Assembly: GCA_913043225.1 (NCBI GenBank)
Contig: CAJWLU010000002.1
Span: 160,001 to 224,000, forward strand
Source of the DNA: an uncultured Acidobacteriota bacterium
GTDB taxonomy: Bacteria > Acidobacteriota > Vicinamibacteria > Vicinamibacterales > UBA8438
DNA: 64,000 nucleotides
Direction of reading: 5' to 3'
Part shown: piece by piece, positions 1 through 11,082 of the stretch
Layout of the letters: the number at the start of each line of letters is the position of its first letter
Position numbering within the stretch: the stretch's first letter is position 1
Translations under genes and position numbers: made by a program
Notes under the pieces: generated by a model
The model's input: only the letters and a program-made list of their open reading frames with translations
Database searches by the model: none
Told to the model about the DNA's origin: nothing

Positions 1-2
1 CC

Positions 3-1001
3 ATGATGGCGATACCGGACACGATGCGGGTGGTCGAGGTAGAGCAAGACGGGCCTCCCGAGGGGCTGAGGCAGTCGACCAGGCCGGTGCCTGACGTCAA
101 ACCCTCCGAGGTGCTTGTCAAGGTGGTGGCGGTTGGGATGAACCGCGCCGATTGCATGCAGCGGCGAGGCAAGTATCCGCCGCCGCCCGGTGCATCAGAC
201 TTGCTGGGACTTGAGGTGTCCGGGACTGTCGCTGCAGTGGGGGCGGCCGTAATTGGATGGAGCGTAGGCGACCCGGTGTGTGCGCTGCTGGCTGGCGGGG
301 GCTACGCTGAGTACACCGCGGTGCCCGCCAGGCAGTGCCTTCCCGTGCCCACCGGCGTGGACCTGGTTGATGCCGCCGCGTTGCCCGAAGTGGCCCTCAC
401 CGTCTGGACTAATGTTTTCGACCGCGCTCGGCTGCGGCCGGGCGAGACCTTGCTGGTGCATGGCGGCTCGAGCGGAATCGGTACCATGGCCATCCAACTA
501 GCGCAAGCGCTGGGGTCGCGGGTGCTGGTGACGGCTGGTTCGGCCGAGAAGTGCGCTGCGTGCGAGGCGCTGGGCGCCTCGATGGCGATCAACTACCGGG
601 AGGACGATCTGGCCGGGAGGCTTCGGAGCGCGGCTGGTGACCTAGGCATCGACGTGATCCTCGACATGGTCGCGGCGCCCTATCTGGCCATGAACCTGAG
701 CCTACTGAACCTGGAGGGGCGCTTGGTGTTGATCGCCCTGATGGGCGGGGCCACGACAGAGATCGACCTGAGTGCGCTGATGTTCCGCCGCCTGACGGTG
801 ACCGGTTCGACGCTCCGGGCTCGGAGCGTCGAAGAGAAGGGCGCGGTCGTAGATGCCGTTCGAGAGCGGGTCTGGCCGTTGATCGAAGCCGGCCGCGTGC
901 GTCCCGTCGTCCACCGCCGAGTGCCGATGGATCAGGTGATCGATGCCCATCACGAGATGGAAGCCAGCACCCACATCGGGAAGATCCTGCTTACGCCCTA
1001 G
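3..1001 (+). CDS. NAD(P)H-quinone oxidoreductase, PIG3/zeta-crystallin (MDR) family
   Basis: NRADCMQRRGKYPPPPGAS, GLEVSG, VHGGSSGIG nucleotide-binding motif, C-terminal HIGKILL. Confidence 0.9.
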   Translation: MMAIPDTMRVVEVEQDGPPEGLRQSTRPVPDVKPSEVLVKVVAVGMNRADCMQRRGKYPPPPGASDLLGLEVSGTVAAVGAAVIGWSVGDPVCALLAGGGYAEYTAVPARQCLPVPTGVDLVDAAALPEVALTVWTNVFDRARLRPGETLLVHGGSSGIGTMAIQLAQALGSRVLVTAGSAEKCAACEALGASMAINYREDDLAGRLRSAAGDLGIDVILDMVAAPYLAMNLSLLNLEGRLVLIALMGGATTEIDLSALMFRRLTVTGSTLRARSVEEKGAVVDAVRERVWPLIEAGRVRPVVHRRVPMDQVIDAHHEMEASTHIGKILLTP

Positions 1002-1171
1002 GAGCTAGGTCGTCAGAACCGACAGCTCATCACTTGGATGCTCCATATTGGTTCTGCTGGAAGACCGATGAGAGTGGCATGTCGGCCAGCCGGGCGTGCA
1101 GCTCGCTGGGACTCGGAGCCCGGACGCCGGTCAGCGTCACGAGTCGTAGCACGGTGTCGAAGAGGAACGCC

Positions 1172-2080
1172 TTATCGGTCTGGTGTGCCGGCGGGGAAGA
1201 GCCGCTCAAAGTTCCCTGCCATGATGGCCTCTTCGGCGGCCGTCTCGACTCCTAGCGTCTCTAGGATGGTGCGCTGTCGCTCATACACCGTGAGTTGCCA
1301 GCCCCGAGGAAAGAACGACGAATCAGTACCAAACACGATCCGCTCCGGGCCGAGCGTCTCGAGGGCGGCGGCGAATACCGCTTCGAGGGTCAGGCCGGGC
1401 GTGTAACGGATCCAGCCGTTCGAGCTGGATGTGTCCACGTGGATGTTGCCGCACAGGTCCGCCGCCATCAGTGTGCTGCGCAGCTGTCCTCCGCCGAAGT
1501 GCGGAATGATGACCGGCACTTCGGGGTTACGGGTCGCGGTGCCGATCAGCGCCAATGGATCGCCGAGACGCACGTCGACTGGGGTGGGGAGTCCCAGTTT
1601 CTTCCGCACGCCGACGGTGAGCACGCCGCAGTGCACGAAGACCACCGCCCCGGCTGTTGCCGCTGCGGCAAACACACGGTCGACCGCCTCGTCGTCGAGC
1701 GGGTAGCCGTGGAGAGCTGGGAACAGGCAGACGCATCGCAGCCGTTCGTCTTCGAGCGCCGTCCGGATCCGGACATCGGCGTCCGGCGCGACCGGGTTGA
1801 ACATCGTCATCCCCACCAGTCTGCCGGGATGTCGGCGGACGGCGGTCCCGACCGACGCTTCGTCCCCAGGAAGGCTAGCCATAACCGCGGCGCGGCCAAC
1901 CTCGTTGGCATCAAGCGTTTGCACCCACCGGTCGGCCAGTTCCTCGGGTGAACCGGGAGCGTCCCACCTGAGTCGCTCGGGGAGCGTGGTGAAGGTGTCG
2001 TCTTCCGCCGTCGAGAGCTGGCCGCCGAGGATCTCGAAGAAACGGGTAGAGAAGAAGTGACAGTGGACGTCGTTGATCAT
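1172..2080 (-). CDS. Amidohydrolase family protein (amidohydro_2 type)
   Basis: N-terminal DVHCH metal motif, VFVHCG, IIPHFG, VFGTDS. Confidence 0.85.
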   Translation of the reverse strand: MINDVHCHFFSTRFFEILGGQLSTAEDDTFTTLPERLRWDAPGSPEELADRWVQTLDANEVGRAAVMASLPGDEASVGTAVRRHPGRLVGMTMFNPVAPDADVRIRTALEDERLRCVCLFPALHGYPLDDEAVDRVFAAAATAGAVVFVHCGVLTVGVRKKLGLPTPVDVRLGDPLALIGTATRNPEVPVIIPHFGGGQLRSTLMAADLCGNIHVDTSSSNGWIRYTPGLTLEAVFAAALETLGPERIVFGTDSSFFPRGWQLTVYERQRTILETLGVETAAEEAIMAGNFERLFPAGTPDR

Positions 2081-2162
2081 GGACGCGTGCGTGGGGTGCT
2101 ACGGGCGGTGCGCCGCTCGTGCAGTATACTGGCTCCTCCCCGAACGCACGGAGCTACAGACC

Positions 2163-2402
2163 ATGTCAGGTGTCAAGGTCGGCCGCAATGATCCCTGCCC
2201 CTGTGGCAGCGGCAAGAAGTACAAGCAGTGTTGCGAGAAGAAGGCCTCGGCGCTGAGCCCCACCGCGTGGCTTACGATCGTGGGCGTCGCGATCGCCGCC
2301 CTGGTCGTTTTGGTCATGAGCTTCACCACCGACACGGCGGTGACCAACGCCGCCTGTCCTCCCGGACAGGTCTGGTCGGTGGACCACGGACATTGTCACT
2401 GA
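2163..2402 (+). CDS. Small SEC-C motif membrane protein
   Basis: ATG 2163; [18 protein letters not shown], one TM helix, C-terminal [15 protein letters not shown]. Confidence 0.8.
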   Translation: MSGVKVGRNDPCPCGSGKKYKQCCEKKASALSPTAWLTIVGVAIAALVVLVMSFTTDTAVTNAACPPGQVWSVDHGHCH

Positions 2403-2523
2403 GGCGGGCGCGGCACATGTCGCCTGCCGGACGACTGCAGGCTCCGAGCTTCAGGCGCTCGGAACATTATCCTGCAGGCGTCGCTCTTTTCGAGCGCTTG
2501 TAGCCTCACAACACAGATCTCCC

Positions 2524-3507
2524 ATGCACTACATCCGCCTCGGCACCACCGGTCTGAAGGTTTCGCCTCTCTGTCTCGGCATGATGACTTATGGGTCGTC
2601 GAGCTGGCGCGAGTGGGTGCTGCCTGAGGAGGACGGACGACGGTTCTTTAAACAGGCGCTCGACCATGGCATCAACTTCTTCGACACCGCCGACATGTAT
2701 TCGATTGGGATGAGCGAGGAGATCCTGGGTCGAGCCGTCAAGGACATGACCCGCCGCGACCAGGTGGTGATCGCGACTAAGGTGCATTTTCCGATGGGCG
2801 ACGGGCCGAACGACCGAGGGCTTTCCCGGAAGCATCTGTTTGACTCCATCGATGCGTCACTGCGTCGACTGGGCACCGACCACGTCGACCTCTATCAGAT
2901 CCACCGGCTCGATCCGGACACCCCGCTCGAGGAGACCCTCGATGCGCTTAACGACATCGTGCGGTCTGGCAAGGTCCGCTATCTCGGTGCGTCGAGCATG
3001 TATGCGTGGCAGTTCGCGCGCGCGCTGTATCTGGCCGACAGGCACGGGTGGGCTCGGTTCGTGACCATGCAAAACCACTACAACCTGATCTATCGCGAGG
3101 AAGAGCGGGAGATGCTTCCCCTGTGCTTGGCGGAAGGGGTAGGGGTGATTCCCTGGAGTCCGCTGGCCCGTGGATTCCTGGCAGGCAGCCGAGCGAGGGG
3201 TGAGGACTCTGGTGGCGCGACCAGCCGGGCCAAGACCGACGACTTCGCCCGTAAGCTGTACTTCGCCGACAGCGATTTCGACGTGCTCGACGCGGTTAAG
3301 GCGCTTGCTGAGAAGCGCGGCGTCACGCTGGCCCAAATCGCGCTCGCGTGGATCGTCCGCCAGCCCTCGGTGACGGCGCCGATCGTGGGAGTCTCCAAGC
3401 CGGAGCAGCTCGATCAGCTGGTTGCCGCACTCGACATCGAACTTGACGATGACGAGTGCGAGGCGCTGGAGTCGCCCTATCAACCGCACCCTGTGCTAGG
3501 GCACTAG
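2524..3507 (+). CDS. Aldo/keto reductase (YajO/aryl-alcohol dehydrogenase-like)
   Basis: GINFFDTADMY, SLRRLGTDHVDLYQIH, GKVRYLGAS, PWSPLARG. Confidence 0.92.
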   Translation: MHYIRLGTTGLKVSPLCLGMMTYGSSSWREWVLPEEDGRRFFKQALDHGINFFDTADMYSIGMSEEILGRAVKDMTRRDQVVIATKVHFPMGDGPNDRGLSRKHLFDSIDASLRRLGTDHVDLYQIHRLDPDTPLEETLDALNDIVRSGKVRYLGASSMYAWQFARALYLADRHGWARFVTMQNHYNLIYREEEREMLPLCLAEGVGVIPWSPLARGFLAGSRARGEDSGGATSRAKTDDFARKLYFADSDFDVLDAVKALAEKRGVTLAQIALAWIVRQPSVTAPIVGVSKPEQLDQLVAALDIELDDDECEALESPYQPHPVLGH

Positions 3508-6500
3508 ACCATTCGATGCTGCTTTGAGTCGATTCATTCCGCGGTCAAAGACCTCTCGGATTTCCGCCGTCACCTGTTCATAGCGCCGCTTAAGCGTTTC
3601 TCCCGTCGGGGGCGGTATGCCCATGCGTACGCCAAGGACCGCAAGACGAGCAGGGTCGGTGGACAAAGTAGACGCCCCGGCGTCAGCTTCGATCCGGAGT
3701 CTGGTCTCCAGCGTGCGGAGGAAGGCGTGGCCGTTCCGCAGCCGCGTCGCATCATCGGTATCGAGAAGTGACGTTGGCGGCAGGTCTGCTAGTAGGCGGC
3801 GGGTGCCGGCCACTCGCCACACCGGCGTCCGTTCTCCATGTCTGATCTGCAGCAGCTGCATCAGAAAGTCGATGTCTGAGAGACCGCCGTGACCGACCTT
3901 CAGGTGAAACCGGTTCTTCGCGTGTTCCTGGCCGAGCTCGTTTTCCATCCGGCTGCGAATATGGCAGGCGTATTCGGGCAGAGAGTCGTCCCACCCTTGG
4001 TAGACGAAGTCGCTGACTACCCGAGTGACATCCTTGGCGAGATCCTCTGAGCCGGTCAGCACCCGGTATCGGGTCCACGCCAGACGCTCCCACCGCTCGG
4101 CCCGTTCGGTGAGATAGCTCTCGAACTTGTCCAGAGGCATGGCTAGCGGTCCCTTCTTACCGTCCGGCCGGAGCCTGGTGTCGAGATCGTAGGCGATGCC
4201 GGCCTGAGTGGGTTGTTCGAGGAAGCGATACAGCTTTTTGACCGTCGCCTCCGCGCGAGTGAACAGCTCACCGTCGTTCGGTGCGCCCCGATAGAGGAAG
4301 ACCAGGTCGAGATCCGAGTGCACGGTTAGCTCTAATCCGCCGAGCTTGCCCAGCGCCACCACGAGCCATTCGGTGTCGTCCCGCGTCGCCTCATCGTCCA
4401 GCAGCCAACGCAGGCCGTGGCTGACGCAGCTGTCGGCCAGTCCCGAGAGCTTCTCCTGCAGAGCCGCCAGGTCGCCTCCATCCAGCCACTCGACCATGAT
4501 CTTGAATTCTTCGATGCGCCGGAGTCGGCGAACGCGGTCCGCGCGGACCGCGGGTGCTTCGCCGGCCGACGCCCTGAGCTCCTTCTCCCAGCCTTCCTGC
4601 TGTGTCGCGAAGTCTGGCGCGGCCTGTACGATTGCGTCCAGCATCTCGGGGTGACGGGATAGCCGGTCGGCGAACAGGTCGCCGTTGTCGAGGAGCGTTG
4701 CCAGCTTGTCTCGGAGAGGCGCCGACTCGAGCAGCGTCCGAAAGAGCGCGCCTGACGCGCCTGAGCCAGAGACGATTCGTTCAAGCCTGTTGAGAATGCG
4801 CTCCGGCTCGGCCCGCGTGAGGAGCGCCGGCAGGACGGAGCCCACGAGATTTGATAGCAGGTTCCTGGTGGTAGAGCGCGACTGCACGAGCGACGGCACC
4901 TCGTCGAGTGCCCTGATCTGGGCCAGAATCGCGTCCGGGTCGCGGAACCCCAGTCCGTGGAGATAGCCGGTCGTGTCGTCGTCAGAGATCTCGCCGCTCA
5001 GCCAGCGGAAGAGGAGCCGGCCGGCGTCCTCCTCCTCCGGCTCTGGGGCCAGCAGGTCGGCATAGATGGTGTGCACCTGGTTGCGGTGATGAGCCAGCGT
5101 TTCTTCCAGTTTGCCGGCCGATTCGAACCCCATACGGCGGGCGCTCAGGTCGAGCATCTCGCCGTCCGCGTTCAGGGTGTGCGTCTGGCTTTGGTGGACG
5201 ATCTGCAGTCTATGCTCCACCATCCGGAGGAAGCGGTAGGCCTCGTCCAGCTGTCGGTGCACGTCGGCGTCGATGATGTCCTGTTCGAGCAGGGCGGCGA
5301 GCGCCAGCAGGGTGGTGGGGGATCGCACGGCCTCGTGCTCGGCGCCGTAGGTCACCTGCAGAATTTGTGTGAAGAGCTCTATCTCACGGATGCCGCCCCG
5401 GCCCACCTTCACGTCCCGGTCGCCATCACCGGCCTGCTCGGCGCGCCGCTTGTAGCGCGCAATCTCTTCGAACGCCGCGTGGTCGAGGTAGCGCCGGTAG
5501 ACGAACGGCCTGACCAGATCCATGAAGTCGGCGCCAAGTTCGGTGTTGCCCGCAACCGGTCGAGCTTTGATCAGCGCGAACCGCTCAAAGGTTTCACCCA
5601 TCGAGTCGTAGTAATGGCTGTACTGCTTCAGCGTGCAGGCCACATCGCCGTGCCGTCCCATCGGCCGCAGCCGAAGGTCGACGCGATACAGATAGCTCTC
5701 GTCGGTGTGATCGCCGAGCGTCTTGGTCAGACGACGGGCGAGCTTGTGGAAAAGCGCGTGGTGCGCCGGGACGCTCGGATCGTCTAGCTCGTACACATAG
5801 ATGAGGTCGATATCCGAACTGTAGTTCAGCTCGAGGCCGCCCAGCTTACCCATCGCGATGACGGCGAAGCGACCCGGCATCGCAAGGAGTGACTCAGTTG
5901 ACGAGGGGTCCGTGCTCAAGAGCTCAAGCACTCCGTCGATCACCACATCGGCTAGCAATGACAGTTGCGCAGTGGCCGTGGGCATGTCGCTCACCCCAAG
6001 CAGATCCCGGGCGGCGATGCCGAGATACTCGCGTCGCCTAAAGCGCTTGACCGCCTCGATCCTGGCGTCGGTGCTGAGATTGCTCGATAGCACCTGCTGC
6101 AGGCCGTTCCGCAAATCGATCAGGTCAGGGGCTGGCCGCTTGAGCGAGAGTTGCAGCCAGTGGAAAAACTCGGGGTTCCGGATCAACACTTCTCCGAGCG
6201 ATGGAGAGGCGCCGAAGAGTGCCGCCAGAATCTCGGCGGCTCGCGGGTCGTCCTTGAGGTAGCCGAGAAAGCCGCTGATTGGAGCCCGCGTCACGAGGTA
6301 GCGCGTGACCCCGACCAGCGCTCCGTCTGGGTCGGCAGAATTGGTCAGCGCGTCGATAAGTACATCGGCGACTTCACCCAGCGCCAGCCGCGTCGGTAGG
6401 TCCTGGGCCAGTGCCTGCAGATGCTCGTCGGCCGCCTTCGGATCGGCGAACCCGCGCGAGGCAAGATATGCTTCCGCATCTGCCTCGGTCAGATCTTTGG

Positions 6501-6543
6501 AGAGAAAGAGGTCCCGGGCCGTGGTAGCCGAGTCTGACGTCAT
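3496..6543 (-). CDS. glnE: Bifunctional glutamine synthetase adenylyltransferase/adenylyl-removing enzyme
   Basis: Two nucleotidyltransferase halves (MGKLGGLELNYSSDIDL; LGKLGGLELTVHSDLDL), DLRLRPxG twice, GGIREIE; directly downstream of glnA. Confidence 0.95.
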   Translation of the reverse strand: MTSDSATTARDLFLSKDLTEADAEAYLASRGFADPKAADEHLQALAQDLPTRLALGEVADVLIDALTNSADPDGALVGVTRYLVTRAPISGFLGYLKDDPRAAEILAALFGASPSLGEVLIRNPEFFHWLQLSLKRPAPDLIDLRNGLQQVLSSNLSTDARIEAVKRFRRREYLGIAARDLLGVSDMPTATAQLSLLADVVIDGVLELLSTDPSSTESLLAMPGRFAVIAMGKLGGLELNYSSDIDLIYVYELDDPSVPAHHALFHKLARRLTKTLGDHTDESYLYRVDLRLRPMGRHGDVACTLKQYSHYYDSMGETFERFALIKARPVAGNTELGADFMDLVRPFVYRRYLDHAAFEEIARYKRRAEQAGDGDRDVKVGRGGIREIELFTQILQVTYGAEHEAVRSPTTLLALAALLEQDIIDADVHRQLDEAYRFLRMVEHRLQIVHQSQTHTLNADGEMLDLSARRMGFESAGKLEETLAHHRNQVHTIYADLLAPEPEEEDAGRLLFRWLSGEISDDDTTGYLHGLGFRDPDAILAQIRALDEVPSLVQSRSTTRNLLSNLVGSVLPALLTRAEPERILNRLERIVSGSGASGALFRTLLESAPLRDKLATLLDNGDLFADRLSRHPEMLDAIVQAAPDFATQQEGWEKELRASAGEAPAVRADRVRRLRRIEEFKIMVEWLDGGDLAALQEKLSGLADSCVSHGLRWLLDDEATRDDTEWLVVALGKLGGLELTVHSDLDLVFLYRGAPNDGELFTRAEATVKKLYRFLEQPTQAGIAYDLDTRLRPDGKKGPLAMPLDKFESYLTERAERWERLAWTRYRVLTGSEDLAKDVTRVVSDFVYQGWDDSLPEYACHIRSRMENELGQEHAKNRFHLKVGHGGLSDIDFLMQLLQIRHGERTPVWRVAGTRRLLADLPPTSLLDTDDATRLRNGHAFLRTLETRLRIEADAGASTLSTDPARLAVLGVRMGIPPPTGETLKRRYEQVTAEIREVFDRGMNRLKAASNGLVP

Positions 6544-6555
6544 CCCGGGTATGCA

Positions 6556-6591
6556 GAAAAGCGAAGGGGTGACCAGATGGCCACCCCTTCG
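6556..6591 (-). terminator. Intrinsic terminator or attenuating hairpin between glnA and glnE
   Basis: Perfect inverted repeat CGAAGGGGTG (6562-6571) / CACCCCTTCG (6582-6591), followed on the - strand by CTTTTCT. Confidence 0.7.
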
Positions 6592-6643
6592 TCAGGCGCC
6601 TAAAACCTAAAGCTAGAGCTAGAGCTGTCGGCGCACAAGCGGC

Positions 6644-8077
6644 CTAGATGTCGAAGTACATCGCGAACTCCCACGGATGCGGCCGCAGGCGGATTGCGTC
6701 GACTTCACCGCGCTTGTAGTCGATCCAGGTATCCACTAGATCCTGGGTGAAGACATCGCCCTTCAGCAGGAACTCGTGGTCGGCTGCCAGCGCGTCGAGG
6801 GACTCCTCGAGGCTGCCAGGGGTACTCTCGATCTTGGCCAGATCCTCGGCCGGCAGATCGTAGAGGTCCTTGTCGAGTGGTCCCGGCGGGGTGATCTTGT
6901 TCTGGATCCCGTCGAGGCCGGCCATCAGCAGCGCGCTGAACGCCAGATACCCGTTGCAGGTCGGATCCGGGAACCGGGTCTCGATCCGCTTCGCCTTCTC
7001 GCTGCCGGAGTAGACCGGAATCCGGACGGCTGCGCTGCGGTTTCGCATCGAGTAGATGAGGTTGATCGGCGCTTCGTAGCCTGGTACCAGACGGCGATAC
7101 GAGTTGGTGGTCGGGTTGCAGAAGGCAAGCAGGGCCGGTGCGTGCTTCAAGATGCCGCCGATGTAGTAGAGGGCGTTCTTGCTGAGCCCGGCATAGGTGC
7201 CCGCCTCGAAAAACGTGTTTGAGCCATCCTTCCAGAGGCTCTGGTGCACGTGCATGCCCGAGCCGTTGTCCTGGAAGATCGGCTTCGGCATCAGAGTGAC
7301 GGCCTTACCGTGACGCCGAGCCACGTTCTTGACCACGTATTTGTACTTGAGCAGCTTGTCGCCCATGCTGACCAGCGAGTCGAACCGCATGTCGATCTCG
7401 GACTGGCCAGCGGTGCCGACCTCGTGGTGGTGTACCTCGATTTCGACACCCACCTTCTCGAGTTCGAGCATCATCTCGGTCCGCAGATCCTGATGGCTGT
7501 CCATCGGTGGAACCGGGAAGTAGCCCTCCTTGTATCTGGGCTTGTAGCCGAGGTTGCGCGAGTTGCCGGCCGAGTCAGGGTTCTCCACGCGTCCGCTGTT
7601 CCAGAAACCCTCGGCCGAGTCGACGTGGTAGAAGCCTTCCTGATGGGTCTGGCCGAAGCGCACGTCGTCAAAGATGAAGAACTCCGGCTCGGGACCGAAA
7701 TAGGCGGTATCGGCGATGCCAGTGCTCTTGAGGTAGGCTTCGGCCTTCTGGGCCACATACCGTGGGTCACGCGAGTACGACTCACCGGTGATGGGGTCCT
7801 TGATGGTGCAGATGATATTCAGCGTGGGCGCTTCCATGAAGGGGTCGACAAAAGCCGTCGACGCATCCGGGAAGAGCAGCATGTCGCTCTCTTGAATTGC
7901 CTTAAATCCTCGAATACTCGAACCGTCAAACCCTGCGCCCTCCTCGAAGACGTCGGCTTCGAACTCTTTAGCTGAGATCGTGAAGTGCTGCCAGAGCCCG
8001 GGCAGGTCGATGAATCGTAGGTCGATCGCCTGGATCCCCTGATCCTTTATCAATGCCATCACGTCGCTAGGTGTCAT
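6644..8077 (-). CDS. glnA: Glutamine synthetase type I
   Basis: [30 protein letters not shown], adenylylation loop [14 protein letters not shown]. Confidence 0.98.
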   Translation of the reverse strand: MTPSDVMALIKDQGIQAIDLRFIDLPGLWQHFTISAKEFEADVFEEGAGFDGSSIRGFKAIQESDMLLFPDASTAFVDPFMEAPTLNIICTIKDPITGESYSRDPRYVAQKAEAYLKSTGIADTAYFGPEPEFFIFDDVRFGQTHQEGFYHVDSAEGFWNSGRVENPDSAGNSRNLGYKPRYKEGYFPVPPMDSHQDLRTEMMLELEKVGVEIEVHHHEVGTAGQSEIDMRFDSLVSMGDKLLKYKYVVKNVARRHGKAVTLMPKPIFQDNGSGMHVHQSLWKDGSNTFFEAGTYAGLSKNALYYIGGILKHAPALLAFCNPTTNSYRRLVPGYEAPINLIYSMRNRSAAVRIPVYSGSEKAKRIETRFPDPTCNGYLAFSALLMAGLDGIQNKITPPGPLDKDLYDLPAEDLAKIESTPGSLEESLDALAADHEFLLKGDVFTQDLVDTWIDYKRGEVDAIRLRPHPWEFAMYFDI

Positions 8078-8174
8078 CGGCGTTCCTCCTTTTCGTCCCT
8101 TCAGTTGGTGACTCGTGTGTCGGCGTCGCGGTCGGGCTAGAGCCGCTTGGCGATGCCGGTGTGTTGGTGCGTTC

Positions 8175-8507
8175 TCACACCACGTCGCGTTCCCCGGTTC
8201 GGATGTTCCGACTCTCTTCCACCGGGAGCACGAAGACCCGTCCGTCGCCGATCTCGCCGGTCCGGGCCGCCTCGGAGATGGCCTCGATGACGTCTTCCAC
8301 CATGTCGTCGGGAACCACCGTCTCGATTCTCATTTTGGGGAGTAGCGAGACCTCATACTCACGTCCCCGATACATCGCCGAATGGCCACGCTGTCGGCCG
8401 TGACCGCGTACCTCGGACACGGTCATGCCGGCCGCGCTGCAGCTCGCCAGCGCATCCTTTACCGCGTCGACCTTGTTGGGTCGCACAATCGCTTTGACCA
8501 GCTTCAT
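8175..8507 (-). CDS. glnB: P-II nitrogen regulatory protein
   Basis: [10 protein letters not shown]...[15 protein letters not shown]...[15 protein letters not shown] 8507 overlaps the glnD stop (ATGA). The glnB versus glnK label is by context only. Confidence 0.93.
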   Translation of the reverse strand: MKLVKAIVRPNKVDAVKDALASCSAAGMTVSEVRGHGRQRGHSAMYRGREYEVSLLPKMRIETVVPDDMVEDVIEAISEAARTGEIGDGRVFVLPVEESRNIRTGERDVV

Positions 8508-11068
8508 TCGACCAGCGCCCCTTCGAGGTCGGTGCGCAGGTCCTGTTCCATTCCGGGCGAGAGCTTGGCGCCGTTCCGCGTGAGGTGGAACACGTCGATG
8601 GCTCGGTCGCCTTCGGTCGAGATCAACACCAGGTCGATGTCGCACCCCTGCTCGGAGATGACTCGGCTGATCCGGTGGAGCAGACCCCACTGGTTGGAGC
8701 CGCCGATTTCCAGCACGGTGTAGCGATCCGAGTAGTGATGATCGAAGTGTACCAGCGTGCGCACGGGCGGGCGTCCTCGTCGACCGCGTGAGCCGGCCTC
8801 TCGACCCTTGAGCATCGACGCCAGGTCGGTTTCGCCGGTGACCACGTCCTGCAGCAGTCGGGTCAGCTCAGAGGAACCGGCTTCGTTCAACGCCAGGAAC
8901 CGGTCGGCATCCACGAAGCGGAACAGATCCAGCACGACGTTCTGGCTGTTGCTCATGGCCTGACCACGGAGGATGTCCATGCCGAAGTAGGAGAGTACGC
9001 CGCAGATATTCGAGAAGATGCGTGGTCGGTCCTTGGTGGCCACGCTGAGTTCCCAGACGTCGTTCTGTCGGTCAAGGTGGAGTCGAACCTCTTCGTGTTC
9101 GAGGTCTTGCGACAACCGGACGTGGTCGTAAATGGTCCGGGGGTCGACCAGCCGCAGGTACCGTTGAGGTAGACCTTCGAGGAAGTCGGTGATCTGCTGC
9201 TCCGAGATCTCGGGAGGTCGATGCGTCTTGATGTCAGCCAGATTCGGCTGACCCGTGGCGATCACCTCGTCACCGTAGCCTAGCGTCAAGTGATTGTACG
9301 TGTCGACGTAGAGCCGCCACAGCAGCTCCTCCTTCCAGGGCGTCAGCGTGTCCGGACTTACCGCCTGGATGTCGGCCAGCGTCAGCAGGCAGAGCATCTT
9401 GAGGCGCTCTTCGGTCCCTACCAGTCGGGCGAACTGCCTCGCCACTTCCGGATCTTCGTTGTCACGACGAAACGCCGCTACCGACATCTGGAGGTGGTGG
9501 CGAATGAGGAACTCGACGGTCCGGATCGACTCGGGTGAGATCCGCAGCCTCCGGAGCGGCCCGACGACCATCCGCACGCTCTCCTCGGCGTGGTTCTTGT
9601 TCGTCCACTTACCCACGTCGTGGAACATGAGTGCCAGTACGATCAGTTCTGGCTCCCTCAGCTCAGCGAGCAGGCTGGCGAACCGCTGGCGACGTGTGGA
9701 CTCGGGGTCGGCCAGATCGGAGAGATTCCGGATGGTCAGGAGCGTGTGTTCGTCGACGGTGTATTTGTGGTAAAAATCTCGAATCACGCGACAGTAAATC
9801 TTCCGGAACTCCGGGAACATCCGTCCTAGGAGTCCGTTCTCGTGCATCTCCGAGAGCCGGCCATAGAGCCCGGGCTGCGGTGTCAGAAAATGCAGAAACT
9901 GGTCGCGTTCATCGGTGCCGTGGAAGAACTCCTCTGAGGTGTACCGGTCCCCGTGACGCTCGACGAACGCCAGGGTATCTGGTGCTACCGCGCAGCCTTC
10001 GTCGATGGCGGCCTGAAAGAGACGCAGCCAGCTCTGCGGACGGAGAGATGCCCGTACGGTGTCAATGAAGCTGACGCCATTGGGTCCACGTTGGAGGTTG
10101 TCTCCAACCTCTCTGATTTCGACCTCTTCAGTTGATGGGCGGGTTTCGGCCAGTGCCGCGGACAGGATGCGGGCGATGATCCTGGCATGGTGGAAGTACA
10201 CGCTCATCAGCGCTTCCACCTGGGTGCGTTCCTCGCTGCCGGGTGAGCTGAACCGGTCCGCCACGGTGACTTGATGCTCATGGCTGAGACCGTTCAGGTT
10301 TCGGCGGTTCTCGAGGTGCAGCAGCGAACGGATCCGCAAGAAGAACTCTTCGGCCTCGTCCAGCGCCTCGTCGAGGCGGCCGGCGGTCAGTGGGACCGCG
10401 CGCCCCGTTTCGGGCTGGGTTAGCTCCGCCAGCGTTCGGATGGCGTTGATGTCGCGGAGCGCGCCCGGCGCTTCCTTGATGTCCGGTTCGAGCTGGTAGA
10501 TGGTGGAGTTGAACGTGTGGTGACGGTCCGCGACCAGTTGGCAGAGCGCGTCGACCGTTGGCTGACGCCAGGCCGACGTCGGGCTGAGCACCTCCTGGGT
10601 GAACCCGTCAAATAGGGAAGCCTCGCCTGCAAGGAACCGAGCGTTGGTTACAGCGGTCAGAAACTCCGGGTTGTCAACTTCCGGCCGTTCCAGTTCTGAC
10701 AGCTGCCGGATCTGATGACCCACAGCTAACCCGAGATCCCAGAGTGGGTGGAGCAGGGCTTTAACGATCCGCTCTTCCGATGCCTCAATGGGGCCACCAA
10801 AGAGAATCAGCAGGTCAATGTCCGAGTGCAGACAGAGCTGGCAACGGCCGTAGCCGCCGATCGCGATGAGCGCGACCGGCGTGTCCGTTTCCGCGGTGGC
10901 ATCGGCGTAGATCCGCCCCAGAAGCACGTCCATTTCAGCGGAGAACGTTTCCGATTCCACAGCGCCGCCTCTCGCCTCCCGGCTCGCCGATCTGAATCGG
11001 TCACGGGCTACGGCCAGAGAATCGGCCAGGCTGGGCTGGGCGGCGTCGGTGGCAAGCTCGTTCGTCAT
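8504..11068 (-). CDS. glnD: [Protein-PII] uridylyltransferase/uridylyl-removing enzyme
   Basis: AIGGYGR..LCLHSDIDL, EPDIKEAPGALRD, YHKYTVDEH, FHDVGK (HD domain), two C-terminal ACT domains. Confidence 0.95.
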   Translation of the reverse strand: MTNELATDAAQPSLADSLAVARDRFRSASREARGGAVESETFSAEMDVLLGRIYADATAETDTPVALIAIGGYGRCQLCLHSDIDLLILFGGPIEASEERIVKALLHPLWDLGLAVGHQIRQLSELERPEVDNPEFLTAVTNARFLAGEASLFDGFTQEVLSPTSAWRQPTVDALCQLVADRHHTFNSTIYQLEPDIKEAPGALRDINAIRTLAELTQPETGRAVPLTAGRLDEALDEAEEFFLRIRSLLHLENRRNLNGLSHEHQVTVADRFSSPGSEERTQVEALMSVYFHHARIIARILSAALAETRPSTEEVEIREVGDNLQRGPNGVSFIDTVRASLRPQSWLRLFQAAIDEGCAVAPDTLAFVERHGDRYTSEEFFHGTDERDQFLHFLTPQPGLYGRLSEMHENGLLGRMFPEFRKIYCRVIRDFYHKYTVDEHTLLTIRNLSDLADPESTRRQRFASLLAELREPELIVLALMFHDVGKWTNKNHAEESVRMVVGPLRRLRISPESIRTVEFLIRHHLQMSVAAFRRDNEDPEVARQFARLVGTEERLKMLCLLTLADIQAVSPDTLTPWKEELLWRLYVDTYNHLTLGYGDEVIATGQPNLADIKTHRPPEISEQQITDFLEGLPQRYLRLVDPRTIYDHVRLSQDLEHEEVRLHLDRQNDVWELSVATKDRPRIFSNICGVLSYFGMDILRGQAMSNSQNVVLDLFRFVDADRFLALNEAGSSELTRLLQDVVTGETDLASMLKGREAGSRGRRGRPPVRTLVHFDHHYSDRYTVLEIGGSNQWGLLHRISRVISEQGCDIDLVLISTEGDRAIDVFHLTRNGAKLSPGMEQDLRTDLEGALVE

Positions 11069-11082
11069 TGCGGGGGCAGGCT

